A program made the position numbers and the translations under genes. From Carcharhinus amblyrhynchos (lineage: Eukaryota), in the NCBI GenBank assembly GCA_965287045.1, contig OZ336885.1, forward strand, positions 65,782,001 to 65,846,000: DNA of 64,000 nucleotides, in the 5' to 3' direction. This document shows positions 13,351 through 27,283 of the stretch, piece after piece (within the stretch, counting starts at the first letter, position 1; each line of letters starts with the position of its first letter). Below the pieces are notes generated by a model. That model was not told the origin of the DNA and searched no databases. It was given only the letters and a program-made list of their open reading frames with translations.

Positions 13351-13955
13351 GGGAACTACAGATTTGTGTATCAGAAAAAAATAGCGATTTATGACATAAA
13401 ATAGCAGAAACACGAACCTGTAAACGTGGATTTCGTGATAATGGCCACTTCGGGGGTAAGTTGATTTAAAAATTAACATTTGGAAGTATGGCATCGTCAA
13501 ATCGCAGGTTCTTTGTTTAAATAAATGCAGACCCTTCTGGCTCTGACAGTAGTTAATCTCGACCAGTAAAAGCGCTTGAGTTGATTTCTTGAAACGCTGC
13601 AGTGTATCTGTAATCAAGAGCTCCATATTTATTTTCATTTGAAATTTGTAAGATTTTCATAGTGAATAAGTGGAGTGTTAGTGGGAAACTTACAAATTCT
13701 AAAATCAGTTTCATTTCCAATTGTTCTTCCATAATTGCGTCACTGTTTCTTCAAATTTACTTTTCTGGAATCGTGTTTTTGCAGTGTGTCGTACAGTTAT
13801 GAACAAATTTTGTAATTTATGGATTGAACTAGTATGTATGTATGCATTGCCAGTCATTTGGCTAGAATCTTTATGTGTTTACGGTTGTATTCAATATTGT
13901 TCAGGCGTACACACCGAGGGAACGGTGCATGACATTCACGGCTTGTTTCCTGTAG

Positions 13956-13988
13956 AATACGGTGATCCAGTGGGAAGCAATGAGTTGA
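13956..13988 (+). CDS. Candidate micro-exon (E)YGDPVGSNEL; donor weak or uncertain
   Basis: Good acceptor cttgtttcctgtag; GDPxGS motif shared with the 50091 exon; donor A|gttcct is poor. Confidence 0.3.
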   Translation, partial: NTVIQWEAMS

Positions 13989-16981
13989 GTTCCTCACCAC
14001 ATTATTCTGAGCTCCACCAAGCGACTGTAGCCACACCATTTGCGTGCAGTTTCATTATGTGCCCTTTGAATGTTTTAGGGACCTGATCAGAAAACCCAAG
14101 AAAAATGAAGTTAGACTCGACCATAATATTATTTTTAATATTTTGGCTTTTGGGTCAGGACACGTTATCGAATCACGGTGTGATTCGCTTGGCACATCTT
14201 TGTTCCAAACGAACATTAATTTAGCATGTTGTCTAACTATAGCGAATTAATTAGCATCAAGGCTACCAATCTAAGTGCTTAAACATGATAAGATGCAATT
14301 CTTAAGCACTAACACATCGCCATTAGTTTTAATTTAAGGGATATTCCTCCTAGGATTAAACTCGCGTGCAGCATCAATTAGCAAACAGAGGGGTCACTTT
14401 TGTTTTCCTTTCGCCTTTCGTGATAAGTGACATATTTCTGCCTGTCACACAACCCAAATCTATCTTCTGTTGCGAAGGGTAAAGCTCAAAATAATTTACT
14501 GCGTCTCATTGACATAACATGTTATTCCAACTTCGTTGGTGAATTCATGTGTCGGCTCTGAATCTACAACATGGCTACACACAGATATCTTGGCAGAGAT
14601 AGAAGCAAGATTGGCATTTGGGCTATCACCATTGCTGAGAATATTGTTTTAGGGATATTTCTTTTTTTTTATTTTCATACAATCATGAGTATATTGAACA
14701 CAAACAACGATCCATGTTCTTTTTTGGGGTCTTCATACCTGTACGAGTTTTTATTTTAGACTCCTGTTCCAGCTGTTCATTTGGATTATGTCCATTTCAT
14801 TATGCTGTCTCAGTTCCTCTTGTCATCCCGTGGATTATTTTGTAGCAGGACGGCACTTCAGCAACACTATTAACATTTGTCGCAAATGTCGCATTCTCTA
14901 CATATTTTCATAACTTTTCAGACACAACGTTTTGATATATTTAGCATAATGTCCGAATGACTTTCTGGTTGATATAGACTTTTTCAAAAGAATGACCTCG
15001 GCCATTGATCAGTGCAGGGACTTTAGGAATATCAAGACTTCACCTGCATTTATAACGTTGTATTAATGTATATTTTCATTGGGTTTTTCTCCCACTTAGT
15101 TAAAAAATCATAATTCCCTAATCCCCATTTTTTTTCTGGTTGTATCTTAGCTTGCAATAATTTCTTCTCAATTCTCAGATGGCAAGCCACTGCAAATCAT
15201 ATCAAATTAAATGTTTTTTGCTTCACATTGGCATTTCTTACCGCAACAGATCAACGGATTTGGGCTCTGACGCTTCCAATCTTTTCTGTCTCTTTCATCC
15301 CTCCCCCGCCCCCCAAACATCTCTCACCCTCTCCCTCTGCGTTGCCTCCTTGAGAACCAGCTGCCGCATCCCATAGCCAGTCGTACCCGCATGCCGCATC
15401 CCACACCAGGTATTTCCCTCTGTCTGCGTTTTAACTCCATGAGTCTCGCTGTATCGCCATCCCAGACTCTCATGACTGTCTTTCCCCATCCCTCATGCCC
15501 GATTTTGAACTCGAGGTTTTATTTCTAGCGCTATGTCCTTTCTTTCTCCGGAATACCCCTTCATGCCAATCTCCCTTTCGTTTTCTGATTGCCTTCGATA
15601 CATGACAATGTGGTGCTCTCACTTTTCTTGGATGCTTTCCTAGCGGAAAGTTCTTTCTCTTCTTTTTTCCTGGCAAAGTGTTCTGTGGACCTTTTCACAC
15701 ACGTTCATTCGTATTAAACAACCCAACTCTTCACATCTTCTCCCACCATGCACCCTATTTCGTCCACAGTTCAGAGCACGTGGCGTATGTAAAAAAGTGT
15801 TCCATCTTTTTGGGACACGTATTTTTCTTTTTCATTACACCTGTTCTCCACAAACACTCAATGTGATACAGGCGAGTAAGCTTACAGCACTGAAGGCCTG
15901 TCTGGTGCTTCTCTAACTAATTGAGGTGGTCAATATAAACACATAGGCACCCCAAATTATGAGTCTTGACGTGTTGCCAGCAGACAATGATGTTATCCTT
16001 CTCACAGCGCCAAAAGATGTTGATGGATGTTTTCCTCTCGAAGCTATTTATTGCTAAACTTAAGTTTAAGTTAAACTCAAGAAACACAACGTGCTGAATT
16101 TATGACGTGACTTCATTTAATCAAACAATCAAATGGGATAATGGCATTCGTTAGCCCAACACTCAATTGTAGAATGAGCGAAGCCCACTGTTACTCTGAA
16201 GAAGCATGCCCCCATGAAGGCAAGTATGCATTTACGAAATAATATTGGTCACGTTTCAGCAGGGCATTATCGAATAAGAGTATATTAAATCAGTCAATAA
16301 TCTCACTGTCATTCACGGCAGCCAATGACGAATCACATCTTGACCTCACACACGTTAACTCTCTGAGTATGGACAGGTAGTTGTGATAATGTTTCCTAAC
16401 TATTTGAAATGACTTGACGCTCGTCCGACCCTGAGAAATAACTTATGGCTACCTCGCATTCCTGTTATCAGCACGGAGCTGCATAGCTCTATTCGTAAAA
16501 TTGGCATCGGTTGCCAGTTTGTTCCCGACAACTGCTGCTAATGTAGCATTCATTCAGTAGAAATATCCTTCTCTGAAACGCGGGCTATCATCTGCCTCAT
16601 CTATCCACTGGATTTTTCCATTGGCTGAATCTTTTGCAAAATGTAATGAAAAACAAATTGCATCCAGTTTATTAATCCAAAATATATGTTTTAAATAAGA
16701 AATACGCGTTATTCATATAGAGCTGTCTTCCTGAACTACAACAAAACTTTCAGCGTTCATCATAGCCTAAGATTATTCAATGTTAAGCCAGTTTTGTATC
16801 AGTCTTTCGAAACCATGGATCTGTGTTTTATTAAACTAAATAGCTCCCGTATCTCAGCTATTAAAAAAATGTATTCCAATTTCTGAATTCCTCGACATTA
16901 GTCGCTTAAATTGAATGAAAAAAGAAACAATTCAGAACAAGTTATATCGTTATATCACTCTTGTAACACTAACACATCTAT

Positions 16982-17691
16982 TGAAGGGAAAGGGTTAATG
17001 AATTTAACGCATTTTCTACCCAGCATATATCACAAACATAACAATTCCTCATGACTGAACTTCTTAAAGTTATACTGCTCCTGGAATCAATATAAATTAT
17101 TTATTCATGTTTCCCATACTTTTTCATATATTTTGTTCTTTACCTTTCATTCCTATAAAGACAGATAGCCAAATATGAATGATATTTATCAGACATTCCA
17201 AACCTTACCTGTTTGTGCTAACTGAATATCTTTTAAAAAGCTGCAGCTGGTAGGTTATGATACCGGCTCACAATTGCATCTGGAAGATTGCGATACTAAC
17301 TTTTTAACAGGAAGAGTCCTGCTGGGACAGCCGCAACTGCTCGAGTAAGTTCAAGATAAGAGATGCCGAAGCCGACAGACGTGTTGTGGGTCGTGATTGG
17401 ACAGAAGATTATATCGTGACTGCAGCTGCCAGATGGAATGTGAGTCCTCGTTTAATCAGAAGTTTGCATTGTTACCAAATTTGGAAGACCTGCGTTCCTA
17501 AATGGAATCGAGACTTTGCATCGTGATTGATGCTGGGACTCATGATGTACAAATATGCACTTGTATTTGTGTGCAATGAGAAGCCCGGTAAACCACTGTT
17601 AGGACCAGGTTTCTCAAAAAAAACTTTTGAAATAAACACTTACTGTGTTTTGTTTCACTAACAGTCTCAGAAATGTTTTTTTAACTAGAAC
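16982..17691 (+). repeat. 5' LTR of the ERV
   Basis: Colinear with 24710-25317; AATAAA near 17631; 3' boundary approximate. Confidence 0.85.
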
Positions 17692-19059
17692 CCGGGATTC
17701 TTTTTGTGGCCTCGGTTGAATGGCCACAACCGGAGCATCAGAATACTGAACTTAATCGGGTGAGTCAAACTATAGTGGGAGATCGTCTGTGAAGAGAGAC
17801 TGGGGACACTTTCGGGGACACCACCAATGATGACTGACAACCAGTGACAGCCAATCAGGGGTGAAGAAAGTCTGGAGTCTCCGATGAGATGCTCTAAGAG
17901 TGTGACAGAGATCTGAACTCTTGTGGTTTTGAAGTAGGTGTGGAGATTGGAGAAAGATGCCTAGTGTGTGATGCTCAAACGTGATTAACAAGGAGACTGT
18001 CTGAGTTATTGTAAGAGTAAAAGGAAAAGCCAGCTTAATGGTGTAAGTTTAATAGGGTAAGCTTACGAGTATAAGCCAAGGTACGAGGGCACTGATCACC
18101 CCTGGTAAGGATCACCGGACTCTAATCAGATCAATCCAGGAGGGGAGAGAGAGAAGGAAGAATAGGAGATTCCAAGTTGTGAGTATAAAACTTATCTGTA
18201 TTAGAGCGGGATCACAAGGACAGTGGGGACCCCCGGGATCCCTGATAAATGAATATATAACTGTGAGGGAAAAACTCAATTAACAGATGATAAAAGGGGG
18301 GTGGGACTCATCTCACCCGTTAGACAAACAACAGAAATGTTTGGATATAGAAAAAGAAATAACAGAACTAAGAAAATTGGAGTTCTCTTCGTTCACCAAT
18401 TTCTTGGATTAATTGAATAAGTCTTAGCCTCGGGAAAGAAATTGGCTTTTGATAAAGCAAAACTCAAGATGTTGGAATTACGCAATAGAGAACTAGAAAC
18501 GAGAAACCGAATTTTAGAGGACCCCTGTTGTGGATCCTTGCCTCCCTATGGTTGGCCATAACACCCATGGCACCCGTAGGAGACCTCGATCCCAATGAGG
18601 AAGAGGCCTATGATCCCGCTCCCAGAACACATGGTGGGACATTACAGAATCCCACTACCCGACACAAACCCTTTACCTCCGGGGAAAAACAACAAGTTTT
18701 GGCATCCCTGGGAAGGGTCCAGTCCCAGAATAACAATAACAAATTTTGGGCAGAACTGGACACCATTTGAATTGGACACAAGGGACACTTAGACTAAGTG
18801 GTGAAGGAGACTCCATATATGGAAGCAACTCTTTAGAGTATAGCAGGAATGTCTGGGAATGCCTGAAACAGCCCGAATAGACTTTCTTTTTGAGTCCTTA
18901 GTACCCAGAACTATGATGAATTACTGGAAGGCTAAATCAACAGCAAATAGCCTTAACTAATGGGATCTAGCCTAAGGAAACTTGTCATAATTCTGGGAAT
19001 CCAGAACGTTTAAATTATGAAGGAACTGATGGAAGAGGGGTCCTGCGGAAGACCACTAG

Positions 19060-20950
19060 TGCCACTAAATCCACGATTTGGTCGGTCTCCGTACGGGACT
19101 TAGGATTAACCATTCATTATAAAATTTTAAATAAATAACTCCTATAAATCATCCCATTGTGGCCAGCCTCTCCATCATCTTAAACGAATTGTCACCATCC
19201 AATGAGATTTTTAACAGTATTGGACACTGTCAATGGGTTTTGGTCCATCTCTTGATCTTTTTTTTAATTCACAGTAGGCGATACACAGTATACATGGACT
19301 AGGCTCCCTCAGGGATTCCATAACAACTCGTCTAGATTTCACCGGATAATGAGTAAGATACTGGAACAAGTGGAGCTCCCCGAGGGGAGCACAATTTTGC
19401 AGTGCGTTGATGACATCCTGATAGCCTCTGAAACAAAAGCAGAACATTAGACGCCACCATACTCAGTCTTGAAGATCTTGGAAGATCGAGGACTGAAGGC
19501 AAACCCAGAAAAGGGTCCAAATAGAAAACCTACCGGTATTGTAGTTGGGACGTTTAATATGCAAAGGGACCAAGGTTATGTCAGTAAACAGGAAAACGGT
19601 GATTCAACAAATGCCAAGTCACGTAACTTTCCGAGGAGTGATGACGGTTTTGAGATTGTTTAATTACAGCCACAACTTCATACCTGAATATGCCAAATTA
19701 GTTGAACAAATCCAACGGCACTTAAACGGTGGAAGCCCGTTTTGGAATCTGTGACGTGGTGATCAGAACAAGAAGAGGCGAATAGTAACTTATAGGTAGG
19801 ATTAATGTTGGCCCCAAGACTTGGGTTACGAGATGCCATTAAAGATTTTCATATCTATTGAAACAATGAAGGCGGGTTCTATTGAACAGTGGTGGCCCAA
19901 GTCCATGAGGACAAACAACAGCTGGTGGGTTATTATTGCACGACATAGGGCCCCGTGTTAACCAGCTTACCCAGATGTATATCCGCAATGGTTTGTGCAG
20001 CATGGGCTGTATATGTCAGCGAGTCCATTGCAGTACTGGGAAACGTAGTCTTGAACACCAAACATACATTCGTGGAAATGTTAACGACTAGGTAATTACG
20101 GTCTGTCTCAAATATGAGAAGGGCGAAGTGGGAGGCAGTATTTTTCCCCTCTTCAAAGTCGATCACCATCGTACAAGACATCTGAGAGAACCCCGCCAAA
20201 GCAATGTGAAGTGAGGGGAAACCACACATGTGTGGGGATGAAGAGATAGAGAAAAGTAGAATGAAGGATGTGCACTTGGAGGCACTGGAGGAGACCCTGT
20301 TTGTGGATAGGTACGGAATTATATAAACGGGTCACCACGAACGGGTGGGAGGTGGTAAACACGGACTAACAGGTGGTCAGGACTGGAAGGATAGAGGGAG
20401 GTATGTCAGCACAAGTAGGGTTAGTGGCCTTGACCAAGCTTTTTCTCAAGCGGTGGGTAGAAGAGTCAACATTTACACCAACAATAGATATGCGTTTGGA
20501 TTTTTGCATGACAATATGACCGTTTGGGGCAGAAGGGGATTTATTACAACCGGGGGCGGGGGGGGGGCGCACTCCAGTCAAGAATGGGCAGATAATCAAA
20601 GCCTTATTGAGGCCAGTGAGCTCCCATTGGAAACCTTGGTGCTGGTAGTAAAGGCATACCAAAAAAAAGCAGAAAAGCAAAGCCCTGAATGGTATTTTTT
20701 TTTAAGGGAAACCAGGCAGCCGATAACGCGACACAATCAGCTTTAGAAACGGGAGAAGTGCAAGCTGTGTCCACTGCCTCGGTTGAAGTTGAACCCCTGA
20801 TAGACTTATCGCAGCTACAGGCTGACGCAACTGAAGAGGAACAAGCAAGATGGGAAGTTCAAGGAGCTACGCCCGAGGAAAAGAGTGTATGAAAGTTAAA
20901 CGATAGAGTTTTGGCGCCTGAATGTATCCATCACACCCTGATGCGGTTCT
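19060..20950 (+). pseudogene. pol: Retroviral pol pseudogene (RT, connection/tether, RNase H, start of integrase), many stops and frameshifts
   Basis: LPQGF, YVDD mutated to CVDD, GLKANPEK, RNase H motifs in ORFs 20345-20746 and 20689-20892. Confidence 0.85.
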
Positions 20951-22967
20951 AAAATTTTGAGACAAAGCGACTATTTTCTCAACTTGCTAGGGAAATATTA
21001 TAAATTAAGCAGCAAGTTGGAAATTTGATTAGAGGGTATCTAATGTTGACCTAATACTTTGAGTGTTTTTTTTTGTATTTCAATGTATTTGTTTGGTCTG
21101 GTTACTCGTCAAACGCAGGTGATTGTTATTGTATTAGATCGAGAGCAGGAGTTGTTAAAGCATTGTGTTCTTATGGAGTATTGATTGCGGCAATAAATAC
21201 AATGTGTTATGCTTTGGATTAACTTCAAAGGGGCTGAGGTAGTGTTAAAACTGTTAGAACTTAAGTACAAGATTTCTTGAATTTACTTCTGTTTTCCAAT
21301 TAAATTACAGTTTGAAAGAAAGAAGTGTGAAGACGACTGTCTTAATCTTTTCTTTTTTAAAAAAAGTTTCTTTGAATGTATTAGAATGTTGGATTTGAGA
21401 AAAAGATAATGTGGGATGCATGTTGGAAGCTTCCATGGTGTCTGTGTGTGTTTAATAACGTGGTTGTGTGTTTTTTTTGTTGGCTTTATTTCTTTTTAAT
21501 GTTCTTCCCCTAATTATGATTTCACAACAGTGGGTCTGATACAGAGTTAAATAAAAATTGGAAAGTAAACTGAAATTTCAAGTCTAAAGTAAATAAACTG
21601 AAGTTTGCAACAATTATTTGGATGTTAAATAATACTGGGTTCAAAGTTTGTTAAGAAAGTATTTAAAACTTGACAGCCACCATGTGCTCCTTCCTTTGTC
21701 TTGAAAATAAAAAAAGAGACTAAATTAATTAATTTTAATCATGAATAACAAGTCTAGTAGTTTCAAGACTCCGAGCTCATTTATCAGTACGTAGTGATAA
21801 TTGAGAGTTGTAGACTTTGGCTTATTCAGATTTTCTCATTAATAACTTTCGAATTAAAGGGATTAGTTGTGCTTAAGTGTTACAGTTTCTGACATTTAAT
21901 TAATAGAATAAATTGAGCGCACAAAATAACAAACTTATAAGTTTAATTTTGACAAACAAAGGGTGATGAAAACAGAGTCTGCATGGGTTTTGTGTTTCAT
22001 CGAGGGGTGCATTGAAACATACTCTCACTTTATGATGTAACCATCCGGATGTGACATAATTTTACAAAACACTATCTGTTTGTATTGTTACTTTCCTATA
22101 CTGAGTAAATGTTACCTGTGGCAATCCTCATGTTGACATGTAAAGTTTGTTCGGTTCAAGGCGTGTAAACGCTAATAAATTGAGAGTTATTTTTCCTGAA
22201 AAGCTAAGGGCTCTGGTGAGTTTCAATGACTTTGCAACAGACGACAGGATGTTTCTTCATACTTAATTATTCGAGGTTACAAGATATAAAACGCTTGAAA
22301 GGGGACAAATAAGCTATTTGTGCGAATCATGATGTTTGTCAATGAATGGCAAAGTGGATGGAATAGTTCATTAAGTGGTAGAGAATAGTTTGAATTACGT
22401 TTAAATTATACTTTGGTTACATTGTGTTAATTGGTTCATAGACGAACGTAGTATGTGTGTGAAAGAAGGTGATAAATTTTGAGCGGTGAAAGTGGAAACT
22501 TAAATCTAAAATGGTAACTGTGACAAAAGGTGCTTATTATGCAAACTGGGATCATTTTTAAATAACAAATACCGTGGAGAATTAAACATACCTTTTCAGA
22601 AATTTTGGGTGCATGAACCCCCGAAAACTCAAATAGAAACGTTATTTCCGTTTGCTTCTATATCAATGATTTATTATTGTCTTGTGCGTCGCTGATAACT
22701 TAAAATGGTATTTAGGATATGTGATTACTTGTATTTGTAGCGTGTTGTTGTCTGTAACTTCTGAAATGTCAATATGGTATAGGAATGCATTGTCATTGTG
22801 CATGCCAATTCCTGGACCTCACTTGACTGGTGGGTGACTGAGGAATTCCTGACAGACACTGGTCCAGATTTTGCGATTCATCACACTTCGCGTTCAGAAT
22901 CAAAGAAACAACTGTGGTCAAACAGGCCATCTAAAATGGCGATTTCTAAAGCACTCTGGGACAATTG

Positions 22968-24150
22968 AACATAAGAAATAGGAGCAGGAGTAGGCCATCT
23001 GGCCCTTCGAGCCTGCCCCGCCATTCAATAAGATCATGGCTGATCTGTCGTAGCTCAATTCCACATTCCCACCCTCTCCCCATAACCCTCAATCCCCTCG
23101 CTTATCAAAAACCCATCAACCCGCGTCTTAAAAATATTTAGCGAGGCAGCCTCCGCCACCTCAACGGGCAGAGAATTCCAGAGATTCACCACCCTTTGAG
23201 TGAAGAAGTTCCTCCTCAACTCCGTTCTAAACCGCCCCTCCTTTATCTTGAGGCTGTGCCCCCTAGTCCTATTGTCCTTTCTGAGCGGGAAGAGTCTCTC
23301 CACCTCTATCCTATCCATCCCATTCATCATCTTATATGTCTCAATGAGGTCTCCCCTCATTCCTCTAAACTCTAACGAGTACGAGCCTAGTTTATTCAGC
23401 TTCTCCTCATAGCTCAAGCCCCTCAACTCCGGTATCAGCCTAGCAAACCACCTCTGCACTCCCTCCAATGCCAAAATATCCTTGCGTAAGTACGGCGACC
23501 AAAACTGCACATAGTACTCCAGCTGCGGCCTCACCAATGCCCTATACAGCCGCAGCAAGACCTCCCTGCTTTTATATTCAATCCCCCTCGCTATGAAGGC
23601 CAGCAACCCATTCGCCTTCCTGACCACCTGCTGCACCTGCAAGCTGGGTTTTTGCGACTCATGCACAAGGACCCCGAGGTCCCTCTGCACCGTCGCCTGC
23701 TGCAGTTTTTCGCCACGTAAGAAATAGTCCTTCCTACCATTCTTCCTACCAAAGTGGACCACCTCGCACTTGCCAACATTAAATTCCATTTGCCATTTCC
23801 TGGCCCATTTGCCCAGCCTATCTAGATCCTTCTGCAGACTCTCCACACCCTCCGCGCAATTTGCCGTTCCCCCAACCTTGGTGTCATCAGCAAATTTCGA
23901 CACCATACACTCGGTTCCCTCCTCCAGATCATCTATATAAATGGGAAATAGCTGAGGCCCCAGCACCGACCCCTGCGGCACTCCACTAGTCACCAACCGC
24001 CAATCCGAATAGCACCCATTAACCCCCACTCTCTGCCTCCTATTTGACCACCAATCCTCTATCCACGCTAACACCCTACCCCCAACCCCATGCCCCCTGA
24101 CCTTCTGCAATAACCTCTTGTGAGGTACCTTGTCAAACGCCTTCTGAAAA
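22968..24150 (-). mobile_element. Young 5'-truncated CR1 LINE nested inside the ERV
   Basis: 3' UTR 'aacataagaaataggagcaggagtaggcc' at the left end; uninterrupted RT ORF. Confidence 0.95.
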
Positions 24151-24158
24151 TTTGGCAA
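23055..24158 (-). CDS. CR1 ORF2 reverse transcriptase C-terminal part (367 aa open, 5'-truncated, not autonomous)
   Basis: FQKAFDKVPH, SGVPQGSVLGP, KFADDTK, WQMEFNVGKC, TRGH and FFTQRVV motifs. Confidence 0.9.
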   Translation of the reverse strand: MPNFQKAFDKVPHKRLLQKVRGHGVGGRVLAWIEDWWSNRRQRVGVNGCYSDWRLVTSGVPQGSVLGPQLFPIYIDDLEEGTECMVSKFADDTKVGGTANCAEGVESLQKDLDRLGKWARKWQMEFNVGKCEVVHFGRKNGRKDYFLRGEKLQQATVQRDLGVLVHESQKPSLQVQQVVRKANGLLAFIARGIEYKSREVLLRLYRALVRPQLEYYVQFWSPYLRKDILALEGVQRWFARLIPELRGLSYEEKLNKLGSYSLEFRGMRGDLIETYKMMNGMDRIEVERLFPLRKDNRTRGHSLKIKEGRFRTELRRNFFTQRVVNLWNSLPVEVAEAASLNIFKTRVDGFLISEGIEGYGERVGMWN

Positions 24159-24709
24159 GAATTAAAATGGCAAGCTGTAGTTTGAAGACGGAGACAAACA
24201 CGCTGCAAACCTGACGAAGGATCAAGTCCTGATTGATTAATTGGCAATGGCCAGAAGTTGCTTGAAACCCGACGAGTAATACCTTTCTCTGACCCCACAA
24301 ACGAGCTACAACAATGGTGACCATCACGAGCGACGAGCAACATGAGGAAAACCACCAAATCTGTGAAGGAAGGAAGGAAGAAAAGAGCCAGAGTGTCAGG
24401 CCAAACCAAAGAACTAGACTGTGCAGAGGATGACCAAGACCAACATACGGATAAAGGCCAGTGTTTGAGTGCTTGCCAGTCATGCAGGGTCAAATCAAGG
24501 TTTCATATTGGACTTGAACTTTAATGTTTTCCTGTAAGATACCTTATTGTTGGTTGATTGAGTGATCATTGAATTTTGTTGGCATAAATTACACCAAGTT
24601 GTCCTTTGTTTTTTTTTTAACTGCAGGTAGATCCACAGGCTGGTAACATTTGGCTCTGAATTGGTCATGGGGCCAAGCTTGGGCCTGGCCCTGACCATAA
24701 AGGGGGGAT

Positions 24710-25317
24710 TGAAGTTGGGGAAGGGTTAATGAATTTAATGCATTTTGCACCTAGCATATATTGCAAACATAACCCTTCCGCATGGCTGATCTCCTTAAGC
24801 TTATACGGTTCCTGACATCAATATAAATTATTAATTCATGTTTTCCTTCCTTGTTCATGTCTTACATTCTTAGTTTTCATCTCCATGCAGACAGATAGCC
24901 AAATATGAATGTTAATTAGCAGACATTGTAAACCTTACCCTCTTGTGCTAATCGTTAAATGACCACCCAAGTAACTTCAAGGAAGGAGATGCCAACACCA
25001 CCAGGAGTGTTGTGGTTCATGATGGGACCAAAGGTTATATTGTGACAGCAGCTGCCGTGAGGGCTGCAAGCCCTGGTTGAATCGAGAGTTTGCATTGTCG
25101 TCAAAGTAGGAAAACCTGCGGTCCTGACTGGAATTGGGAATTTGTGTCGTGATTGATGCTGGGACTCATGATGTATGAATACCCATTTGTATTTGTGTTC
25201 AATGAGAAGCCTGGCAAACCACTGTTAGGAACAGGATTCTCTCAAAAGTTTTGAAATAAATACTTGCTGTATTTTGTCTTACTAACTGTCTCAGAGGTTT
25301 TTTTTTTACCTATAACA
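24710..25317 (+). repeat. 3' LTR of the ERV
   Basis: TG...CA termini, preceded by a PPT; homologous to the 5' LTR with many substitutions and indels. Confidence 0.88.
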
Positions 25318-27247
25318 ATATCCTATTTAAGTCTTCCTTCTCTATCAACATAATATTTGATTATACTATCATGACACACATCTGAGTTTTCCTTCAACAT
25401 TGTGCTGTTATCAAATGTTTCTACTCAGTAGATCTTCTTTTAATTTGATGAGTCACACAAAAGCATGATTTAAAACTTTACCTACCATTGGTCAGAATAA
25501 CAATATGTTACCTCCACTCACAAAAGTACGAAATAATTGATGTCCTTTTTTTTTCTTTTTCACAGCTGGTACCACATTGAAATGTTGCCTCGTCAACTCA
25601 CCCACTTTTTTACCCCTAATGTAAGACACGTAGTCGAACAATGTAATCTCTGAATGCAAACTCCAAAAATGGTGTGTGGTCATCAACATTTTCGATTTAT
25701 CTCATTACAACAGATCAATTCCAGTTGATACATGACCTGCATCAATAATTGCAAAAAACAAACAAACAGAAAGAGCGTATGTATTTCATTGCTTGCAATC
25801 CTCTGGACAATTCTGACCACAGAACACAATTGCTTTAGCTATTTTTCCAATGAGTCCCCTGATTCTGGATGATGCATACCTGATTTGAATTACCGCACTG
25901 CAACACTATCCATAACATTCGAACAAAAGTGTGAAACTTAGCATGATTGTATTTTTGCTGGCATTCCGTATCTAGCAAGAACAATAAAACTCTGCTGAAA
26001 TCAATGTAGTATTAAGATTGCATAGCACAATATCCTCGGGAGATAGAGCAAATGCATTCCTTGTAATCACAACAAAATTCCTTTTGCTGTGGGGTGCAAC
26101 ACAATCAAGAATGACCTTAGTAAAGCTATTCTTCAAATGCTGGAATTTGTATTAAGTGTGTTGGCTGGACTACCGCTTGAGATGTTCTTATTAACTGACA
26201 TTTGGGAATGCCAGGCACACTCCAAAGACATGATTATGCAGTCCAGGGCAACAAGCATAGTTTTTCGAATTTGCCTTATTCCAATGCGAACTCATGCTCT
26301 CCCTGCAAAAATGACAATTTGATCATCCAAAAGTAGTATAGCTTAAAGAACTCCCGTCCGCTTTTCATCGGCTTAAATAGCTAAGCATCTAGAGTTTGTC
26401 TTTAAGATGTCATTTTTAATGTCGTAACAACCTGATGTAAATTCCACGTTTTCTTCTGCCTCAGCTTTCTGTTACAACGGTTTGATCTCGCACACTTCGC
26501 TTATCATTTGACCAATTTCCTTGACTAAGGATATCCACTTCGTCCTCCACGTGCTCTTGTAATTTTTCAACCATCTGGTCAGATGTTGGTTTTGGTAACT
26601 GATTTTAAACCTCTTTATACTTACTACTAGAATAATCCTCCGGTCTCAACTTATAGTTTTGTCACAATTTCAGGATAATAATCCAGCATTTATTTTCTGC
26701 AGCAACACAATTGTTTGAGTTTCCATTCCTATTATTCTATGACAGTGGGCGTCACTTCAAGATAGAGCCCGGCAATATCGTTACTTTGGATAAACAGTAT
26801 CACTGAAAGATATCAATTTGACTTTGACCACCGTGCTCTATTCTCTACCGGAAATTCCAACCTTATGTTGTATAATTGAACACTACTCTTTCCACCATGT
26901 TTCCCATATGTCATCACCTTTCCTGCCAACAGCACTTCCGAGCAACACATCTCCCCCTTTTCTCGTTAATTGTCCTGTTTCTCGCTTTTATAAGTAAAAA
27001 TCGACAAAATTTCTCCATCGTCAATTGGGAAATACTTACACAGCAAGCAACATAAGTAGGTTTAGATTTCCGAGGCATTGACACATTACTGTAATGAGAT
27101 TAGATTTCAGTTATTTACAGTCAAAGATCATGCAGCCAGACCTTCACGAAAAAAGAAGTTGTAATGATTTTAGAAGTCGCTGCAGCGAAAATATCTCATC
27201 AATGTCACATATATTTGTCAATTATTATGATATTTACGTGATTTCAG

Positions 27248-27283
27248 AACTGAGGACCATCAAAGGGAAATTGAAAGATGCAG
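27248..27283 (+). CDS. 36-nt phase 1-1 micro-exon, (E)LRTIKGKLKDA
   Basis: gtgatttcag|AACTGAGGACCATCAAAGGGAAATTGAAAGATGCAG|gtaaga. Confidence 0.78.

Larger units (their letters stand above)
16982..25317 (+). mobile_element. Degenerate endogenous retrovirus (LTR, gag remnant, pol RT/RNase H, truncated integrase, non-coding region, LTR)
   Basis: Direct LTRs both starting TGAAG..GGGTTAATGAATTTAA; PPT aaggggggat before the 3' LTR; pol motifs LPQGFHN and QCVDDILIAS (~19300-19430), RVNIYTNNRYAFG, WGRRGFIT and GNQAAD; flanks ctat/atat. Confidence 0.9.

Noticed and set aside
15179-15210. Possible terminal exon (D)GKPLQIISN*
   Set aside because: Good acceptor, but no paralogue or polyA support, and it conflicts with the 13956 candidate belonging to a gene that continues past the ERV.
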